A stretch of DNA of 64,000 nucleotides, taken from contig CAYNNN010000005.1 in assembly GCA_964398665.1 (NCBI GenBank), positions 2,025 through 66,024 on the forward strand, given 5' to 3'. Origin of the DNA: an uncultured Gammaproteobacteria bacterium. Its GTDB lineage: Bacteria > Pseudomonadota > Gammaproteobacteria > CAYNNN01. Below, piece by piece: positions 1 through 10,868 of this stretch; positions within the stretch are counted from its first letter, which is position 1, and every line of letters begins with the position of its first letter. The notes below the pieces were generated by a model, which had not been told where the DNA came from, did no database searches, and worked only from the letters and a program-made list of their open reading frames with translations. Both the position numbers and the translations under genes were made by a program.

Positions 1-2079
1 AATGATGCCAGGGGAATCACCCCGTTGCAGATCATGCAGCAAGGCCCACCACATCGGTGCGGGGTCCAGTTGCCAAATGGCGTTTATTAATTTTAACTCG
101 AAGGGATAGGGGGTTACGGTGGCCAGTAACTCTGGTGGCGTCAAGGCTTCCAGCGTGATGGCGGCTTGCCCCTCGTATTGAATGTGCTCCCGATGACAGC
201 CCAAAGCCGCCGCGACGGCATCAAACAGGCGTCCGCAGGAACTGGTCAGCGGGGAATTGAGGGCGCGGGCGAGCATCGTCGTCAGGGCCGCCAGGGGTTG
301 CTGCTGCAGGAATTGCATGAGTTCGAGGTCGGCGAATGCTGGGGCAATCGGTTCCCAGCCCAGGCGGTGCAACTGCGCCCACAGGTTGCGCCACGGTTGC
401 AGGATGGCTTGGGTCCCCCCTGGCATGGCCACGGGGGTGAAATGCCCCACGCGCTGGTAAGCTGCATAATCTGCAAGGAGAAATTCGCCGCCCCAGAAGG
501 TGCCGTCCGCACCGTAGCCCAGCCCGTCCAGGACAATGCCCAGGACGCTGCCGCCGTCGCGCGGCCAGCCATTTTCTGCCAGGCACGCGGCAACATGGGC
601 ATGATGATGCTGGACTTCGATAAGCGGGATCTGGCGTTCTTGCGCCCATTGTCGCCCCAGTTGCGTGGAGCGATAGCCGGGATGTTGATCCACAACGATG
701 GCCTGCGGCTGATGGTCGAAGAGCTGGTGATACAGGGCCAGGGTGTGGCGATATTCACGCGCGGTGCGGGCGTCTTCCAGGTCGCCCAGATGGGCGGACA
801 GTAGGGCCTGGCCATCCTGAAGCAGGGCAAAGGTGCTTTTGAGTTCGCCGCCCAGTGCGACTAAGGCAGGACTCGTGGCAAAACCTGCGGGTAGCAAGAT
901 GGATGCGGGGGCATAACCTCGGGCGCGACGTAGCAGGCGCGGTTGCTTGGCGACGATGTGCACCACCGAGTCATCGACCCGGTTGATGATGGGGCGGTTG
1001 TGCAACAAAAAGCTATCCGCGATGCCCTGCATCCGCTGGCGGGTTTCGGCTACCCCCAGACATTGAGGTTCTTCGCTCAAGTTGGCGCTTGTCATTACCA
1101 GTGGCGTATCCCACGCCTCCAGCAGCAGCGCGTGTAAGGGCGTGTAGGGGAGCATGAAGCCCAGGGTGCGTTGCTGCGGCGCGATGGCGGCGGGTAGGCG
1201 GGGAGGCGATCGTTGTGCAAGCAAGACAATCGGGGCGTGTTTGCTGTGCAACGCCGCCGTTTCGGCAGGACCAAGCACCCCATATTGCGCCACAACTGCG
1301 CTATCTCGTGCCATGAGCGCCAGCGGTTTTTGGTAGCGCTGTTTGCGTTGGCGCAACGCGGCGACAGCGGTGGCATTGTGCGCATCGCATACCAGATGCA
1401 CGCCACCCAGCCCCATCAGCGCCAGAATCTGGCCGGCACGCAGCAGGCGATTGGCGGTGTCGATGGGGTCGCGTTCGGACGCCAGGGGCGGGATGGGCTG
1501 CCCGTCGGCTGTTTCCAGCCACAGATGGGGGCCACAGACTGCGCAGGCGTTGGGTTGGGCATGGAAGCGGCGGTCGGCGGGGTCTTCGTATTCTCGTTGG
1601 CACGCTGGGCAGAGCGCAAATCCTGCCATGCTGGTATTGGCGCGGTCGTAGGGAATGCCGCACACCATGCTGAAGCGCGGGCCACAGTGGGTGCAATTGG
1701 TGAACGGGTAGCGATAGCGCCGATTCTGGGGGTCGAAAATGTCGGCACGACACGCAGCGCACAGTGCCGCGTCGGGGACCACGCCGGTATGAATGTCCCC
1801 CGTTTGGCTCGCCAGAATGTGAAAATCCGTGTGGGGGCAAGTCGCAACGAGGGGTTCGGCGTGGATGCTGTCAATGCGCGCCAGGGGTGGAACATCATCG
1901 CGCAGTTGTTGCAAGAAGGCGGCGAGGGCGGAGTCACTGCCCCAGGCTTCAATGCTGACGCCGCTGCCGTCATTGCGCACGGTCCCCGCCAGGCCGTGCG
2001 CCTGTGCCAAGCGCCAGACGTTGGGGCGAAAGCCCACACCCTGCACCAGGCCCGTGATGCGGATGCGCTGGCCGGGCAT
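1..2079 (-). CDS. hypF: Carbamoyltransferase HypF (partial, runs off left edge)
   Basis: Own translation from ATG at 2079 (overlapping hypE stop): MPGQRIRITGLVQGVGFRP acylphosphatase domain, zinc fingers (FTNCTHCGPRF, CPACQREYEDPADRRFHAQPNAC), QHHHAH, DGLGYG. Frame still open at position 1; absent from ORF track because no stop lies in the window. Confidence 0.95.
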   Translation of the reverse strand, partial: MPGQRIRITGLVQGVGFRPNVWRLAQAHGLAGTVRNDGSGVSIEAWGSDSALAAFLQQLRDDVPPLARIDSIHAEPLVATCPHTDFHILASQTGDIHTGVVPDAALCAACRADIFDPQNRRYRYPFTNCTHCGPRFSMVCGIPYDRANTSMAGFALCPACQREYEDPADRRFHAQPNACAVCGPHLWLETADGQPIPPLASERDPIDTANRLLRAGQILALMGLGGVHLVCDAHNATAVAALRQRKQRYQKPLALMARDSAVVAQYGVLGPAETAALHSKHAPIVLLAQRSPPRLPAAIAPQQRTLGFMLPYTPLHALLLEAWDTPLVMTSANLSEEPQCLGVAETRQRMQGIADSFLLHNRPIINRVDDSVVHIVAKQPRLLRRARGYAPASILLPAGFATSPALVALGGELKSTFALLQDGQALLSAHLGDLEDARTAREYRHTLALYHQLFDHQPQAIVVDQHPGYRSTQLGRQWAQERQIPLIEVQHHHAHVAACLAENGWPRDGGSVLGIVLDGLGYGADGTFWGGEFLLADYAAYQRVGHFTPVAMPGGTQAILQPWRNLWAQLHRLGWEPIAPAFADLELMQFLQQQPLAALTTMLARALNSPLTSSCGRLFDAVAAALGCHREHIQYEGQAAITLEALTPPELLATVTPYPFELKLINAIWQLDPAPMWWALLHDLQRGDSPGII

Positions 2080-3104
2080 CAGCAAATACGCGGCAACTGT
2101 TCCCCAGGCAGTCTGTCCACGATTCGCTCGCCGCCGAATGCAGTGTGCAAGATCACATGGCCAGCACCCGCTGCCACCGTGCCGATGCGGCGCGTGCCAT
2201 CGCCTTCGGGCATGCACTGCATGGCGGCGATGACGGCATCCGCCGCATCCGCCGGGACAATCGCCACCAACTTGCCTTCATTGGCCAGGTACAACGGGTC
2301 AAGCCCCAGGATTTCACATAAGCCGCGCACCGGGGTGCGGATCGGCAACGCCGTTTCCTGCAAGTGGATATCCACGCCGGAACGTTCGGCAAATTCATTG
2401 AGTATGGTAGCTACCCCGCCTCGGGTCGCATCCCGCAGGCAGTGAATGTCGGGACAGACGGCAAACATCGCGGCAATGAGCCGGTGCAGCGGGGCGCAGT
2501 CGCTGGTAATGTCGGCCTCTAGCGCCAAGTCGCCGCGTGCGTTGAGAATCGCTGCGCCATGATCGCCGAGCCAGCCGTTGACGATGACCACATCACCGGG
2601 CTGAGCGCGCCCGGCAGAAGGATTGAACCCTGCGGGAATCACGCCGACCCCGGCGGTGTTGACGAATAGCTTATCGGCACTACCGCGTTGGACTACTTTG
2701 GTATCACCGGTGACAATGTGGACACCTGCCGCATCTGCTGCGCTGCGCATGGTATGCAGGATGCGGGCAAAGGTTTCCAGCGGCAAGCCCTCTTCCAGGA
2801 TGAAGCCGCAGCTCAGATATAACGGTTTTGCGCCGCCCACGGCCAAATCATTGACCGTGCCGTTAATGGCCAGGGTGCCGATATTGCCACCCGGAAATTC
2901 CAGCGGGGTGACGACGTAGGAATCGGTGGTAAACGCGAGCCGGTCGCCGCAGGCCAGCAATGCGGCCAGCGGGATGCGGGCCTGGTCTTCGCCTTCTGCC
3001 AACAACGGGTTGGTAAAGATCCTGCGGATCAGCTGATCGACCAGCTGGTGCATGGCGGTACCGCCACTCCCGTGGGCCAAGGTGATGGTTGCCCCAGGCT
3101 TCAT
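2079..3104 (-). CDS. hypE: Hydrogenase maturation protein HypE
   Basis: ITLAHGSGG, FTTDSYVV, NGTVNDLAVGGA, RDATRGG, C-terminal LPRIC. Start placed at the ATGA overlap with hypD stop. Confidence 0.97.
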   Translation of the reverse strand: MKPGATITLAHGSGGTAMHQLVDQLIRRIFTNPLLAEGEDQARIPLAALLACGDRLAFTTDSYVVTPLEFPGGNIGTLAINGTVNDLAVGGAKPLYLSCGFILEEGLPLETFARILHTMRSAADAAGVHIVTGDTKVVQRGSADKLFVNTAGVGVIPAGFNPSAGRAQPGDVVIVNGWLGDHGAAILNARGDLALEADITSDCAPLHRLIAAMFAVCPDIHCLRDATRGGVATILNEFAERSGVDIHLQETALPIRTPVRGLCEILGLDPLYLANEGKLVAIVPADAADAVIAAMQCMPEGDGTRRIGTVAAGAGHVILHTAFGGERIVDRLPGEQLPRIC

Positions 3105-4231
3105 GCGACTGCGGCCCGCTGGCGTGCCAGCTTCCCATAACGATGATAGGCTGCACACGAACCTTCAGGCGAGACCATCAGCGCCCCCAGTGGGGTTTGT
3201 GGATTGCAACGCGGACCAAACGCGGGGCATTCCCACGGCTTCAAGACCCCACGCAAGACTTCAGCGCATTTGATATTGTCAGGATCATGGGTACCTGTTG
3301 CGCCCGTCAGGCCAAATTTCTGTTCCGCATCATAGGCGGCATAAGCCGCGCGAATCTGCACCCCGGCATCGCCGATAGCGCCTAGCCCTCTGAATTCGCT
3401 GTTGGCGCGGGTTTCGTAAACTTCCAGGATAGCCTTCAGCCCTGCGGCATTACCCGCAGGGGGTACAATGCGGGCGTACTGGTTTTCAACCACACAGCGC
3501 CCTTGTACCAACTGCCGCACCAGCATCCATAGCGCATGCAGGATGTCGAGCGGTTCAAACCCGGTAATGACCAGCGGCTTGTGGTAATCACGCACGACAA
3601 AATCGTAGGGCGACATCCCGATGACCATGCTGACGTGCCCGGGCGCAAGAAAACCGTCCAGCTTCAAGTCGGGGTCATCCAGGACCGCACGCAAGGTCGC
3701 CGGAGTTGTGATGTGGTTGCAAAACAGCGAGAAGTTGCGCAAGCCCTCCTTATGCGCCTGCAAAAGCGTCAACGCGGTGCTGGGCATGGTGGTTTCAAAG
3801 CCCAGGGCGAAAAATACCACTTCGCGCGCCGGGTGCTTGCGGGCGATCGCAAGCGCGTCGGTGGGAGAATACACCATGCGCACATCACAGCCATCGGCCT
3901 TGGCTTGCAGCAGGCTTTTGCGACTGCCGGGCACGCGCATGGCGTCGCCAAAGGTGGTGAAGATCACGCCGGGCTGTTCGGCAATCGCCACGCAATCATC
4001 AACCCGCGTCATCGGCAGCACGCAGACGGGGCAGCCGGGTCCGTGGATCATCTCGATGCGCGCGGGGAGCAGGGCTTCAATGCCATATTTGAACAGGGTA
4101 TGGGTATGACCACCGCAAAATTCCATCACGTGCAGTGGTGCACCCGGTGGCATCCGGTCGCAGACCCGCCGGATCTCCTGCACCAGGGCCTCTGCCCGCA
4201 CCGGGTCGCGGAATTCGTCCAGATATTTCAT
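3101..4231 (-). CDS. hypD: Hydrogenase maturation protein HypD
   Basis: MEFCGGHTH, GPGCPVC, GFETT, PGHVS, MVSPEGSCAAY motifs. Confidence 0.97.
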   Translation of the reverse strand: MKYLDEFRDPVRAEALVQEIRRVCDRMPPGAPLHVMEFCGGHTHTLFKYGIEALLPARIEMIHGPGCPVCVLPMTRVDDCVAIAEQPGVIFTTFGDAMRVPGSRKSLLQAKADGCDVRMVYSPTDALAIARKHPAREVVFFALGFETTMPSTALTLLQAHKEGLRNFSLFCNHITTPATLRAVLDDPDLKLDGFLAPGHVSMVIGMSPYDFVVRDYHKPLVITGFEPLDILHALWMLVRQLVQGRCVVENQYARIVPPAGNAAGLKAILEVYETRANSEFRGLGAIGDAGVQIRAAYAAYDAEQKFGLTGATGTHDPDNIKCAEVLRGVLKPWECPAFGPRCNPQTPLGALMVSPEGSCAAYHRYGKLARQRAAVA

Positions 4232-4524
4232 GGGGAACCTTTTATGTCGCTCACCAGGCTGCGCATCGCATCCAGTTCGGCCTGCATGTCACCCAGCGCT
4301 GCCAGCAGCGCGAGGGTGCGCGCGGCTTCCGCCTCGTCCAGGCGGCTCATGGCAAAGCCCACATGCACCAGCACCCAGTTACCCACACAACTTTCCGGGG
4401 GGTGTTCATCATCCACCACACAGGTGATGATGACATCACGCCTGACACCCCCGATGTCTACCGTGGCGACGAGATTTTCCCGATCGGTCAGGGCGATGAT
4501 TTGTCCGGGGATGCCTAGGCACAT
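4228..4524 (-). CDS. hypC: Hydrogenase assembly chaperone HypC
   Basis: [10 protein letters not shown]-terminus and WVLVHVGFA. Confidence 0.95.
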   Translation of the reverse strand: MCLGIPGQIIALTDRENLVATVDIGGVRRDVIITCVVDDEHPPESCVGNWVLVHVGFAMSRLDEAEAARTLALLAALGDMQAELDAMRSLVSDIKGSP

Positions 4525-5297
4525 GCGCATTGCCTCTGGTGTAACCAGCCTAACCACGTCTCCATCCCCGCACCGCTGGTCGCGGAAAGGTGCATGATGT
4601 GGATATCGGGATTGACCTGCCGGGCGTACGCTTCGCACTGCGCCAGATCGAATTTGAGATAAGGCAGCAAGTCGATCTTGTTGAGGATCATCACGTCGGC
4701 GGCATGAAACATATCTGGGTATTTCAGTGGCTTGTCTTCGCCTTCCGTCACGGAGAGCACAACCACCTTATGCGCCTCGCCCAGGTCAAACGCAGCGGGG
4801 CAGACCAGATTGCCCACATTTTCGATCAATAAAATCCCCCCGGCGGACAGCGGCAGCACTTCCAGCGCGTGACCGATCATATGGGCGTCCAGGTGACAGC
4901 CTTTGCCGGTGTTGATTTGCAAAGCCGGTACACCGGTGGCGCGGATGCGATCGGCATCACGACTGGTTTGCTGATCGCCCTCAATGACGGCCAGCGGGAT
5001 GCGCCCACGCAAGCGGGTCAGCGTTTCCGTCAGCAAGGTGGTTTTACCTGCACCAGGGCTGGATACGAGGTTCAAGGCCAGGATGTGGCGCTCAGCCAGC
5101 CACGCCCGGTTCTGGGCCGCGTAGGCATCATTTTGGCCCAGAATATCTCGCTCGATTTGCACCATCCGTGCGGGCGTCAAACCCGGTGCATGGGCGTGTG
5201 CCGGCCCTTGACCATGATCATGCGTATGACCATCAGCACCGTGCGCGTGCGGTTCATGCCGGTGAGTGGGGTCGCCACAGCCGCAGATAGTACACAT
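4515..5297 (-). CDS. hypB: Nickel GTPase HypB
   Basis: MCTICGC N-terminus, His-rich tract, SSPGAGKT P-loop, [21 protein letters not shown]. Confidence 0.97.
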   Translation of the reverse strand: MCTICGCGDPTHRHEPHAHGADGHTHDHGQGPAHAHAPGLTPARMVQIERDILGQNDAYAAQNRAWLAERHILALNLVSSPGAGKTTLLTETLTRLRGRIPLAVIEGDQQTSRDADRIRATGVPALQINTGKGCHLDAHMIGHALEVLPLSAGGILLIENVGNLVCPAAFDLGEAHKVVVLSVTEGEDKPLKYPDMFHAADVMILNKIDLLPYLKFDLAQCEAYARQVNPDIHIMHLSATSGAGMETWLGWLHQRQCACA

Positions 5298-5650
5298 TAA
5301 ACCACCTCCAATTCTTTAACACGCAGTTCTGTCCCGCACACTGCCTGGAGTGCGTGCCCGCCGCAGTGAGGGCAGGCATCGTAACGCTGTGCCAGCGCAA
5401 CGTGTTGGGCGCAGTCCAGACACCAGGCCTGCGCCGGAACGACAATAATTTCCAGTTTGGCACCCGCTGCCAGCGAGCGCCGCATGACGGCATCGAAACA
5501 AAAGCGCAGGGACTCGATTTCTACCCCCGCCAGCGCGCCGATTTCCAGCCAGACCGTGCGCACCTGGCAAAACTGCTGCCGCGCCGCTTCTGCTTCCAGG
5601 ATGTGCAAGATACCTTCACACAGGGACATTTCGTGCATATATTCGTGCAT
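5297..5650 (-). CDS. hypA: Nickel metallochaperone HypA
   Basis: MHEMSL motif and two CxxC (CLDC, CPHC). Start could be 5638. Confidence 0.95.
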   Translation of the reverse strand: MHEYMHEMSLCEGILHILEAEAARQQFCQVRTVWLEIGALAGVEIESLRFCFDAVMRRSLAAGAKLEIIVVPAQAWCLDCAQHVALAQRYDACPHCGGHALQAVCGTELRVKELEVV

Positions 5651-7372
5651 CTACTGGATCAATACCTGGACCAGTTCCGCACCACCGGGGTCGGTCACGT
5701 GTACCGCGCACGCGATGCAGGGGTCGAAGCTGTGGATGGTCCGCAGGATTTCGACCGGCTGCCTGGAATCATGCAGGACATGACCTTGCAGTGCGGCTTC
5801 ATAGGCACCGGGCTGGCCTTGGGCATCGCGTGGCCCGGCGTTCCAGGTACTCGGCACGACGGCCTGATAATTGGCGATCTTTTGGTTCTCGATCACGATC
5901 CAGTGCGCCAGTGCACCCCGGGGCGCTTCCATATAGCCCACACCTTGCGCCTTGGCCGGCCAGCTTGACGGCTCCCACAGGATTTCGTTAAAGGTTCTGG
6001 TATCGCCTCCCTTGATGTTGGCGATGAGATGGTCAAACCAGGTTTGCATCTGGTCGGCGATGATTTTGGTTTCCAAGGTACGCGCTGCGGTGCGCCCAAG
6101 GGTGGAATACAGCGCTGTCACCGGTGCATCCAGCGTTTTGAGCGCGTAATCCACCAGTTCTTTAGTGTGCGCATGACCGCTGGCATAGAGCATCAGCACC
6201 CGCGCCAGCGGCCCGACTTCCATCGCGTGCCCCTTCCAGCGCGGCGATTTCAGCCATGAGTAGGACTGCGCCACATCCAGTTGCGTGTAGGGCGGTTTCG
6301 GCCCGGTGTAGTTGAGTTCAGTTTCGCCTGCGTAAGGATGCAGGCCCTGGTTTTTGCCACCGTGATAGTCATACCACGAGTGAGCGACAAATTCCTGAAT
6401 CTGATCCGCAGCATTGAGATCCACCGGGTGAATCTTGCCAAGATCGCGGTTGAGGATCACACCTGAGGGGATCAGAAACGAGGCCGGGTCGTCCATGCCT
6501 TTTTCGGGGAAGTCGCCAAAGGTCATGAAGTTGCCCAAGCCTTCGCCCTGGGCAAACCAGTCTTTGTAGAAGCTGGCAATCGCCAGGGTATCGGGCACAT
6601 AGACCTGATCCACGAACATCTGCATCTTTTTAATGATATCCTGCACTTGCGCCAGGCGTTTCATGTTGAGGGCAGAATCGGAATTCAGATCGATGGGACA
6701 GGGCACACCGCCGACCAAGAAGTTGGGGTGCGGATTCTTGCCACCGAAAATCGCGTGCAGTTTCACCACGTCACGTTGCCACTGGAGCGCTTCGAGGTAG
6801 TGGGAAACCGCCATCAGGTTCGCCTCGGGCGGGAGTTTATAGGCCGGGTGCCCCCAATAGGCTTTGGCAAAAATGCCGAGCTGCCCGCCGGCAACAAATT
6901 TTTTGAGCTTGGCTTGCTGATCCGCAAAGTACCCGACCGAAGCGTTGGGCCAACGGGGGGAAATTTTCTGGGCAAGTTCGGCAGTCGCTTTAGGGTCGGC
7001 CTTGAGCGCGGACACCACGTCCACCCAGTCCAGGGCGTGCAGGTGATAGAAGTGCATCACATGGTCATGCACATATTGCGCCGCGATCATCAGGTTGCGG
7101 ATCAGTTGCGCATTAGGCGGAATTTTGTAATTGAGGGCATTTTCCACCGCCCGCACGGAGGCAATGCCGTGGACGAGGGTGCATACCCCGCAGATGCGCT
7201 GCGCATATGCCCAGGCATCACGCGGGTCGCGGCCCCGGAGGATAATTTCAATGCCACGCACCATCGTCCCGGCGGAATAGGCTTGCGCGATGGTATTGCC
7301 ATCCATCTGCGCTTCAATGCGCAGGTGGCCTTCGATGCGGGTGATGGGGTCTACAACGACACGTTCAGTCAT
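5651..7372 (-). CDS. hynL: Group 1 [NiFe]-hydrogenase large subunit (HynL-type)
   Basis: VVVDPITRIEGH, L1 RICGVC, L2 DPCIACAVH followed by a 15-aa cleavable extension. Confidence 0.95.
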   Translation of the reverse strand: MTERVVVDPITRIEGHLRIEAQMDGNTIAQAYSAGTMVRGIEIILRGRDPRDAWAYAQRICGVCTLVHGIASVRAVENALNYKIPPNAQLIRNLMIAAQYVHDHVMHFYHLHALDWVDVVSALKADPKATAELAQKISPRWPNASVGYFADQQAKLKKFVAGGQLGIFAKAYWGHPAYKLPPEANLMAVSHYLEALQWQRDVVKLHAIFGGKNPHPNFLVGGVPCPIDLNSDSALNMKRLAQVQDIIKKMQMFVDQVYVPDTLAIASFYKDWFAQGEGLGNFMTFGDFPEKGMDDPASFLIPSGVILNRDLGKIHPVDLNAADQIQEFVAHSWYDYHGGKNQGLHPYAGETELNYTGPKPPYTQLDVAQSYSWLKSPRWKGHAMEVGPLARVLMLYASGHAHTKELVDYALKTLDAPVTALYSTLGRTAARTLETKIIADQMQTWFDHLIANIKGGDTRTFNEILWEPSSWPAKAQGVGYMEAPRGALAHWIVIENQKIANYQAVVPSTWNAGPRDAQGQPGAYEAALQGHVLHDSRQPVEILRTIHSFDPCIACAVHVTDPGGAELVQVLIQ

Positions 7373-7833
7373 GGGAGTGTCCTTTCTGCAAGGGTGTGCA
7401 GAAACTGCATCAATAATTGGTATTGGGCTTCGCTTTCCTGGTGCATGGCAGTACTGGCCGCACTGATGAGGCCGCAGGTGCGTGCCATGCGGGCATTCGC
7501 AGCGGCTTCCCACGCGGGGGATTTGCTGCTTTGCTCAGGCACTACGAGCGCAGCAGCGGCACGGGCGACAAAATAGCCTGCCTGCGTCTGCCAGTCGCAG
7601 TCTGCACCGCAGCGCGTATGGCTTTCCAGCGCCGCTGCCCTGGCATTGCGCAGTGCTTGCGCCAGTTCGTCTTCGGCAGCATGCGCGTTGGCGGCAACGT
7701 CTACGACTTTGGCAATGGCAGGGTCAGCAGTGAGTGCGAGCACATTGCGGACGAACGCGGCACCGATGCGGCGTTGCTGGCCGCAGGTGAGTTTTTCCAG
7801 CGCGCTTTTGAATTCAGCGTCGTTGTTAATCAC
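7369..7833 (-). CDS. Hypothetical Ala-rich helical protein inside hydrogenase operon
   Basis: 154-aa ORF overlapping both isp2 and hynL; no family recognised. Confidence 0.7.
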   Translation of the reverse strand: MINNDAEFKSALEKLTCGQQRRIGAAFVRNVLALTADPAIAKVVDVAANAHAAEDELAQALRNARAAALESHTRCGADCDWQTQAGYFVARAAAALVVPEQSSKSPAWEAAANARMARTCGLISAASTAMHQESEAQYQLLMQFLHTLAERTLP

Positions 7834-9106
7834 CTTGCACCTCCTTTCTGGATGGCAAATGCGCCGCGATCATTTCGGTCAGCCCGACCACCGGAATGTC
7901 CATCTTATTGGCTTCCAGGCCTTCTTCAAGCTGGATGCGGCAGTTGGCGCAGGCCGTGACCAAGGTATCGACCTTAAGGGCATCAAGCTGTTTTTTCTTG
8001 CGCTGAAAGGCCTGCATCCGCACACCTTCCGCCGCTTCGTTGGCACTGACGCCGCCACCTGCGCCACAGCACCAGTTCAACGTGCCATGATCCGCCATCT
8101 CGACAAAATGGGGGGCGACCAAGTTCAGTAGGTTACGTGGTTGTTGCACTACGCCACCGCGTCGCACCAGCTGGCAAGGGTCGTGAAAAGTCATACGCGC
8201 GGTTTCTAAGCCTTCGGTTTGGAGTAGACCTTCTGCCCGCAGTTCATCCAGTACTTCAATGATATGCTTGACGGCAAAGGTGTAAGGGCGACCCATGAGG
8301 TTTGGACCTTCCCAACGCAGCGCCGTGTAGGCATGGCCGCACTCGGGGCTGATCACCGTTTTGACCTTGAGTTTTTCAGCGGCATGGACAATCCGGCTGA
8401 CCAACTCGCGGGCAATATCGGATGACCCAATCTGAATGCCTGAATTGGTCGCCTCAAAACAGTCTGTACTTAAAGTCCAGGTTTTACCGGCCTGAGTGAG
8501 AATTTTGGCTACCGCTTCCAGGTATTCGGGGTAATTCATGATCTCCATCGACGAGAGCATCAGCAGGTATTCTGCGCCCGCTTGGTCGAAGGGGACTTTC
8601 ATGCCAGTGGCTTTTTCCACATGCTTTACCTGGGCCTGCAACGCGGGCAGCTTGACGCCCATCGGACTACCGGTCTGCACGGCGCGGGTGGAGGCACCGA
8701 TCAAGCCTTCCGGCGCATGGCCGGAAGCCACCATACCTTCACGCATCTTGCGGATCATGTAGGTAATATCGTTACCCACCGGACAAACCACCGAGCAGCG
8801 GCCACAGAGCGAGCAGTTGTTGTACACCAGCTCCTGCCACTGGGCGAGTTCAGCATCGCTGACGGGTTTGCTTAAACCCAGCAGGGCCTTGAGCCGGCCA
8901 AACAGCGTGTATTCCTGCTCCCACACCCGGCGCATCGGCTCCAGCTTGTAAATCGGAGTCAGGCGCGGGTCCGGGTTTTCGGTGTAAAACAAACAGGCCT
9001 CGGCGCACATCCCGCAGTGAACGCAGGAACTGAAAAAACTTGCCATCGGGGCGTCGAGTTGTGCCTTGAACGCGTTGATGCCGCGTGCGAGTGTCAGTGC
9101 GCTCAT
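7826..9106 (-). CDS. isp2: Isp2, HdrD/DsrK-like Fe-S protein
   Basis: Two CxxCxxC ferredoxin motifs (CVHCGMC, CSLCGRC), CCG-domain motifs (PECGH, FHDPC, WCCGAGGG, TACANC); sits between hynS and hynL. Confidence 0.88.
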   Translation of the reverse strand: MSALTLARGINAFKAQLDAPMASFFSSCVHCGMCAEACLFYTENPDPRLTPIYKLEPMRRVWEQEYTLFGRLKALLGLSKPVSDAELAQWQELVYNNCSLCGRCSVVCPVGNDITYMIRKMREGMVASGHAPEGLIGASTRAVQTGSPMGVKLPALQAQVKHVEKATGMKVPFDQAGAEYLLMLSSMEIMNYPEYLEAVAKILTQAGKTWTLSTDCFEATNSGIQIGSSDIARELVSRIVHAAEKLKVKTVISPECGHAYTALRWEGPNLMGRPYTFAVKHIIEVLDELRAEGLLQTEGLETARMTFHDPCQLVRRGGVVQQPRNLLNLVAPHFVEMADHGTLNWCCGAGGGVSANEAAEGVRMQAFQRKKKQLDALKVDTLVTACANCRIQLEEGLEANKMDIPVVGLTEMIAAHLPSRKEVQGD

Positions 9107-9762
9107 GCGTTAACCCCCCGTAAGCCCATGGAAGCCCCATTGTAGTAGCGTGCCAGGATCAGCGTGAAGGCGTGGGTAAGTTTGGTGAACGGAAAAATCA
9201 CCAGCAAAAATTCCACGCTCAGGATATGCAGGCCCAACATCATCTGGGGCGAGAGCAGCCAATGGTGATAGGCCATATAGCCCGTCAAGAGCGGCAGAAA
9301 AGTCGCAGCCCACACGACATAATCCCCCGAGGTGGAGAGAAAACGTTTGACCGGGTGCTGGATGCGATGCACCAGCACTGCGACGAGCGTCAGCATCGTC
9401 ACCACGGCGAAGGCATCGACCACCGGCGTCGGCAGATTTGGCCAGCTTAGCCCGATAAAGCTCTTAAACAACGCGATATGCGCTGCGAGCAGGAAAATCA
9501 CCACGAACAGGCCGATATGGAACACGTAACCTGCGACCAGCGTAAACAGTGAGCGCTGGAAGGTGGCCTTATCGGGCACGGAGCGCCGCCAGATTTCCCG
9601 TAGCCCGCCCTGCAATGGACTGCCCTTGGCAACTGCCAGGTTCGCCTTTCTGCCCAGGGAAAGGATTTCCACGAGCCGCAGCGCCATGCCTGCGACAAAC
9701 ACCACGAGGGCGCAGGTAAACGCAGGGCCTTTGACCCAGAGCAAGAAATCAACTTCGTTCAT
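9103..9762 (-). CDS. isp1: Isp1, NarI/DsrM-like membrane b-type cytochrome
   Basis: About five hydrophobic segments with His (YVFHIG, AAHIAL, LGLHIL, KLTHAF), FPFTKLTH motif. Start taken at MNEVDF. Confidence 0.88.
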   Translation of the reverse strand: MNEVDFLLWVKGPAFTCALVVFVAGMALRLVEILSLGRKANLAVAKGSPLQGGLREIWRRSVPDKATFQRSLFTLVAGYVFHIGLFVVIFLLAAHIALFKSFIGLSWPNLPTPVVDAFAVVTMLTLVAVLVHRIQHPVKRFLSTSGDYVVWAATFLPLLTGYMAYHHWLLSPQMMLGLHILSVEFLLVIFPFTKLTHAFTLILARYYNGASMGLRGVNA

Positions 9763-10868
9763 GGTGATACCTTCTGGTTGAGTTCTGCCACGGTCACGGT
9801 CTGGTGCGCATTCACCGCATCTGTTTTGGCGCGCTGATTCATCACGCCTACCGCGACGCCTGCGGCAATGCCGCCCGCAGCGGCATAAACCGCTGTTTTG
9901 CCGGAAGCCCCAGTGGGCAAGGACAGGGCGCGGTAAAAGCCGCCAAAATCCCAGAAATTCGGCTCGGAACAACCGATGCAGCCGTGCCCCGACTCAATGG
10001 GGAAACTCGTACCGTCATTCCACTTGGTGGTGGCACAAGCGTTGTACGTGACAGGGCCTTTGCAGCCAAGCTTATAAAGACACCAGCCCGCTTTCGCGCC
10101 CGCATCGTCGAAGGTTTCCGCAAATAATCCCGCTTCATAAAAGGGCCGGCGATAGCAGCGGTCGTGGATGCTTTGCCCGTAAAACGCTTTGGGCCGCCCC
10201 AAACTGTCGAGGGCAGGCAAGCCAAAGGTGAGAAAATGCGCGATCACGCCAGTAATCACCACCGGAATCGGCGGGCAACCGGGGATATTGATGATGGGCT
10301 TATCCTTGATGAGGTCGGAAACCGAGACCGCACCGGTCGGATTGGGTTTGGCTTTGGGTAAGCCGCCAAATGCAGCGCAAGTGCCGACTGCGATAATCGC
10401 CGCTGCGCCCGCTGCGGCTTCTTGGAGCATCTCCAGGTTACTCATGCCCGCAATGGTCGAGTAACCGGGATTGCCCAGCGGGATGGAGCCATCGACGACC
10501 AACACGTACTTGCCGTGGTGTGCCTGCATTGCGGCTGCGCGGGCTGCCTCTGCGCCCTCACCGGAAGCCGCTTGCAAGGTGTGATGATAATCCAGCGAAA
10601 TCGCATCAAAGATCAGACTTTCGATGCTGGGGCTATGCGCGCGGGTGAGCGATTCCGTGCAGCCGGTACATTCCTGAAAAGACAGCCAGATCACTGACGG
10701 ACGCTGCGCAGCCTCCAGCGCAGCGGCGATCTTGGGGATCATCGCCGGGGCAAGCGCCATGCTCGATGCAAGCAGGCCGCAGAACTTCAAAAAGCCCCGC
10801 CGGGTAATACCGTGTGCCCGCAGATGCGCGCCCAAGGTTTGTGCATAGGGGTGATTAGCGTCATTCAT
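9759..10868 (-). CDS. hynS: Group 1 [NiFe]-hydrogenase small subunit with Tat signal
   Basis: TRRGFLKFC Tat motif, ECTGCTES, GTCAAFGG, PGCPP, HDRCYRR, CLYKLGCKGP, GCIGCSEP. Confidence 0.95.
   Translation of the reverse strand: MNDANHPYAQTLGAHLRAHGITRRGFLKFCGLLASSMALAPAMIPKIAAALEAAQRPSVIWLSFQECTGCTESLTRAHSPSIESLIFDAISLDYHHTLQAASGEGAEAARAAAMQAHHGKYVLVVDGSIPLGNPGYSTIAGMSNLEMLQEAAAGAAAIIAVGTCAAFGGLPKAKPNPTGAVSVSDLIKDKPIINIPGCPPIPVVITGVIAHFLTFGLPALDSLGRPKAFYGQSIHDRCYRRPFYEAGLFAETFDDAGAKAGWCLYKLGCKGPVTYNACATTKWNDGTSFPIESGHGCIGCSEPNFWDFGGFYRALSLPTGASGKTAVYAAAGGIAAGVAVGVMNQRAKTDAVNAHQTVTVAELNQKVSP

Noticed and set aside
1-2079. hypF missing from the ORF track, suggesting a frameshift
   Set aside because: The frame from ATG 2079 matches HypF C-terminal sequence at position 1; the gene is only cut by the window edge.
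9759-10868. O2-tolerant (group 1d) hydrogenase assignment
   Set aside because: The proximal cluster motif is CTGC, not CTCC, and isp1/isp2 lie between the subunits.
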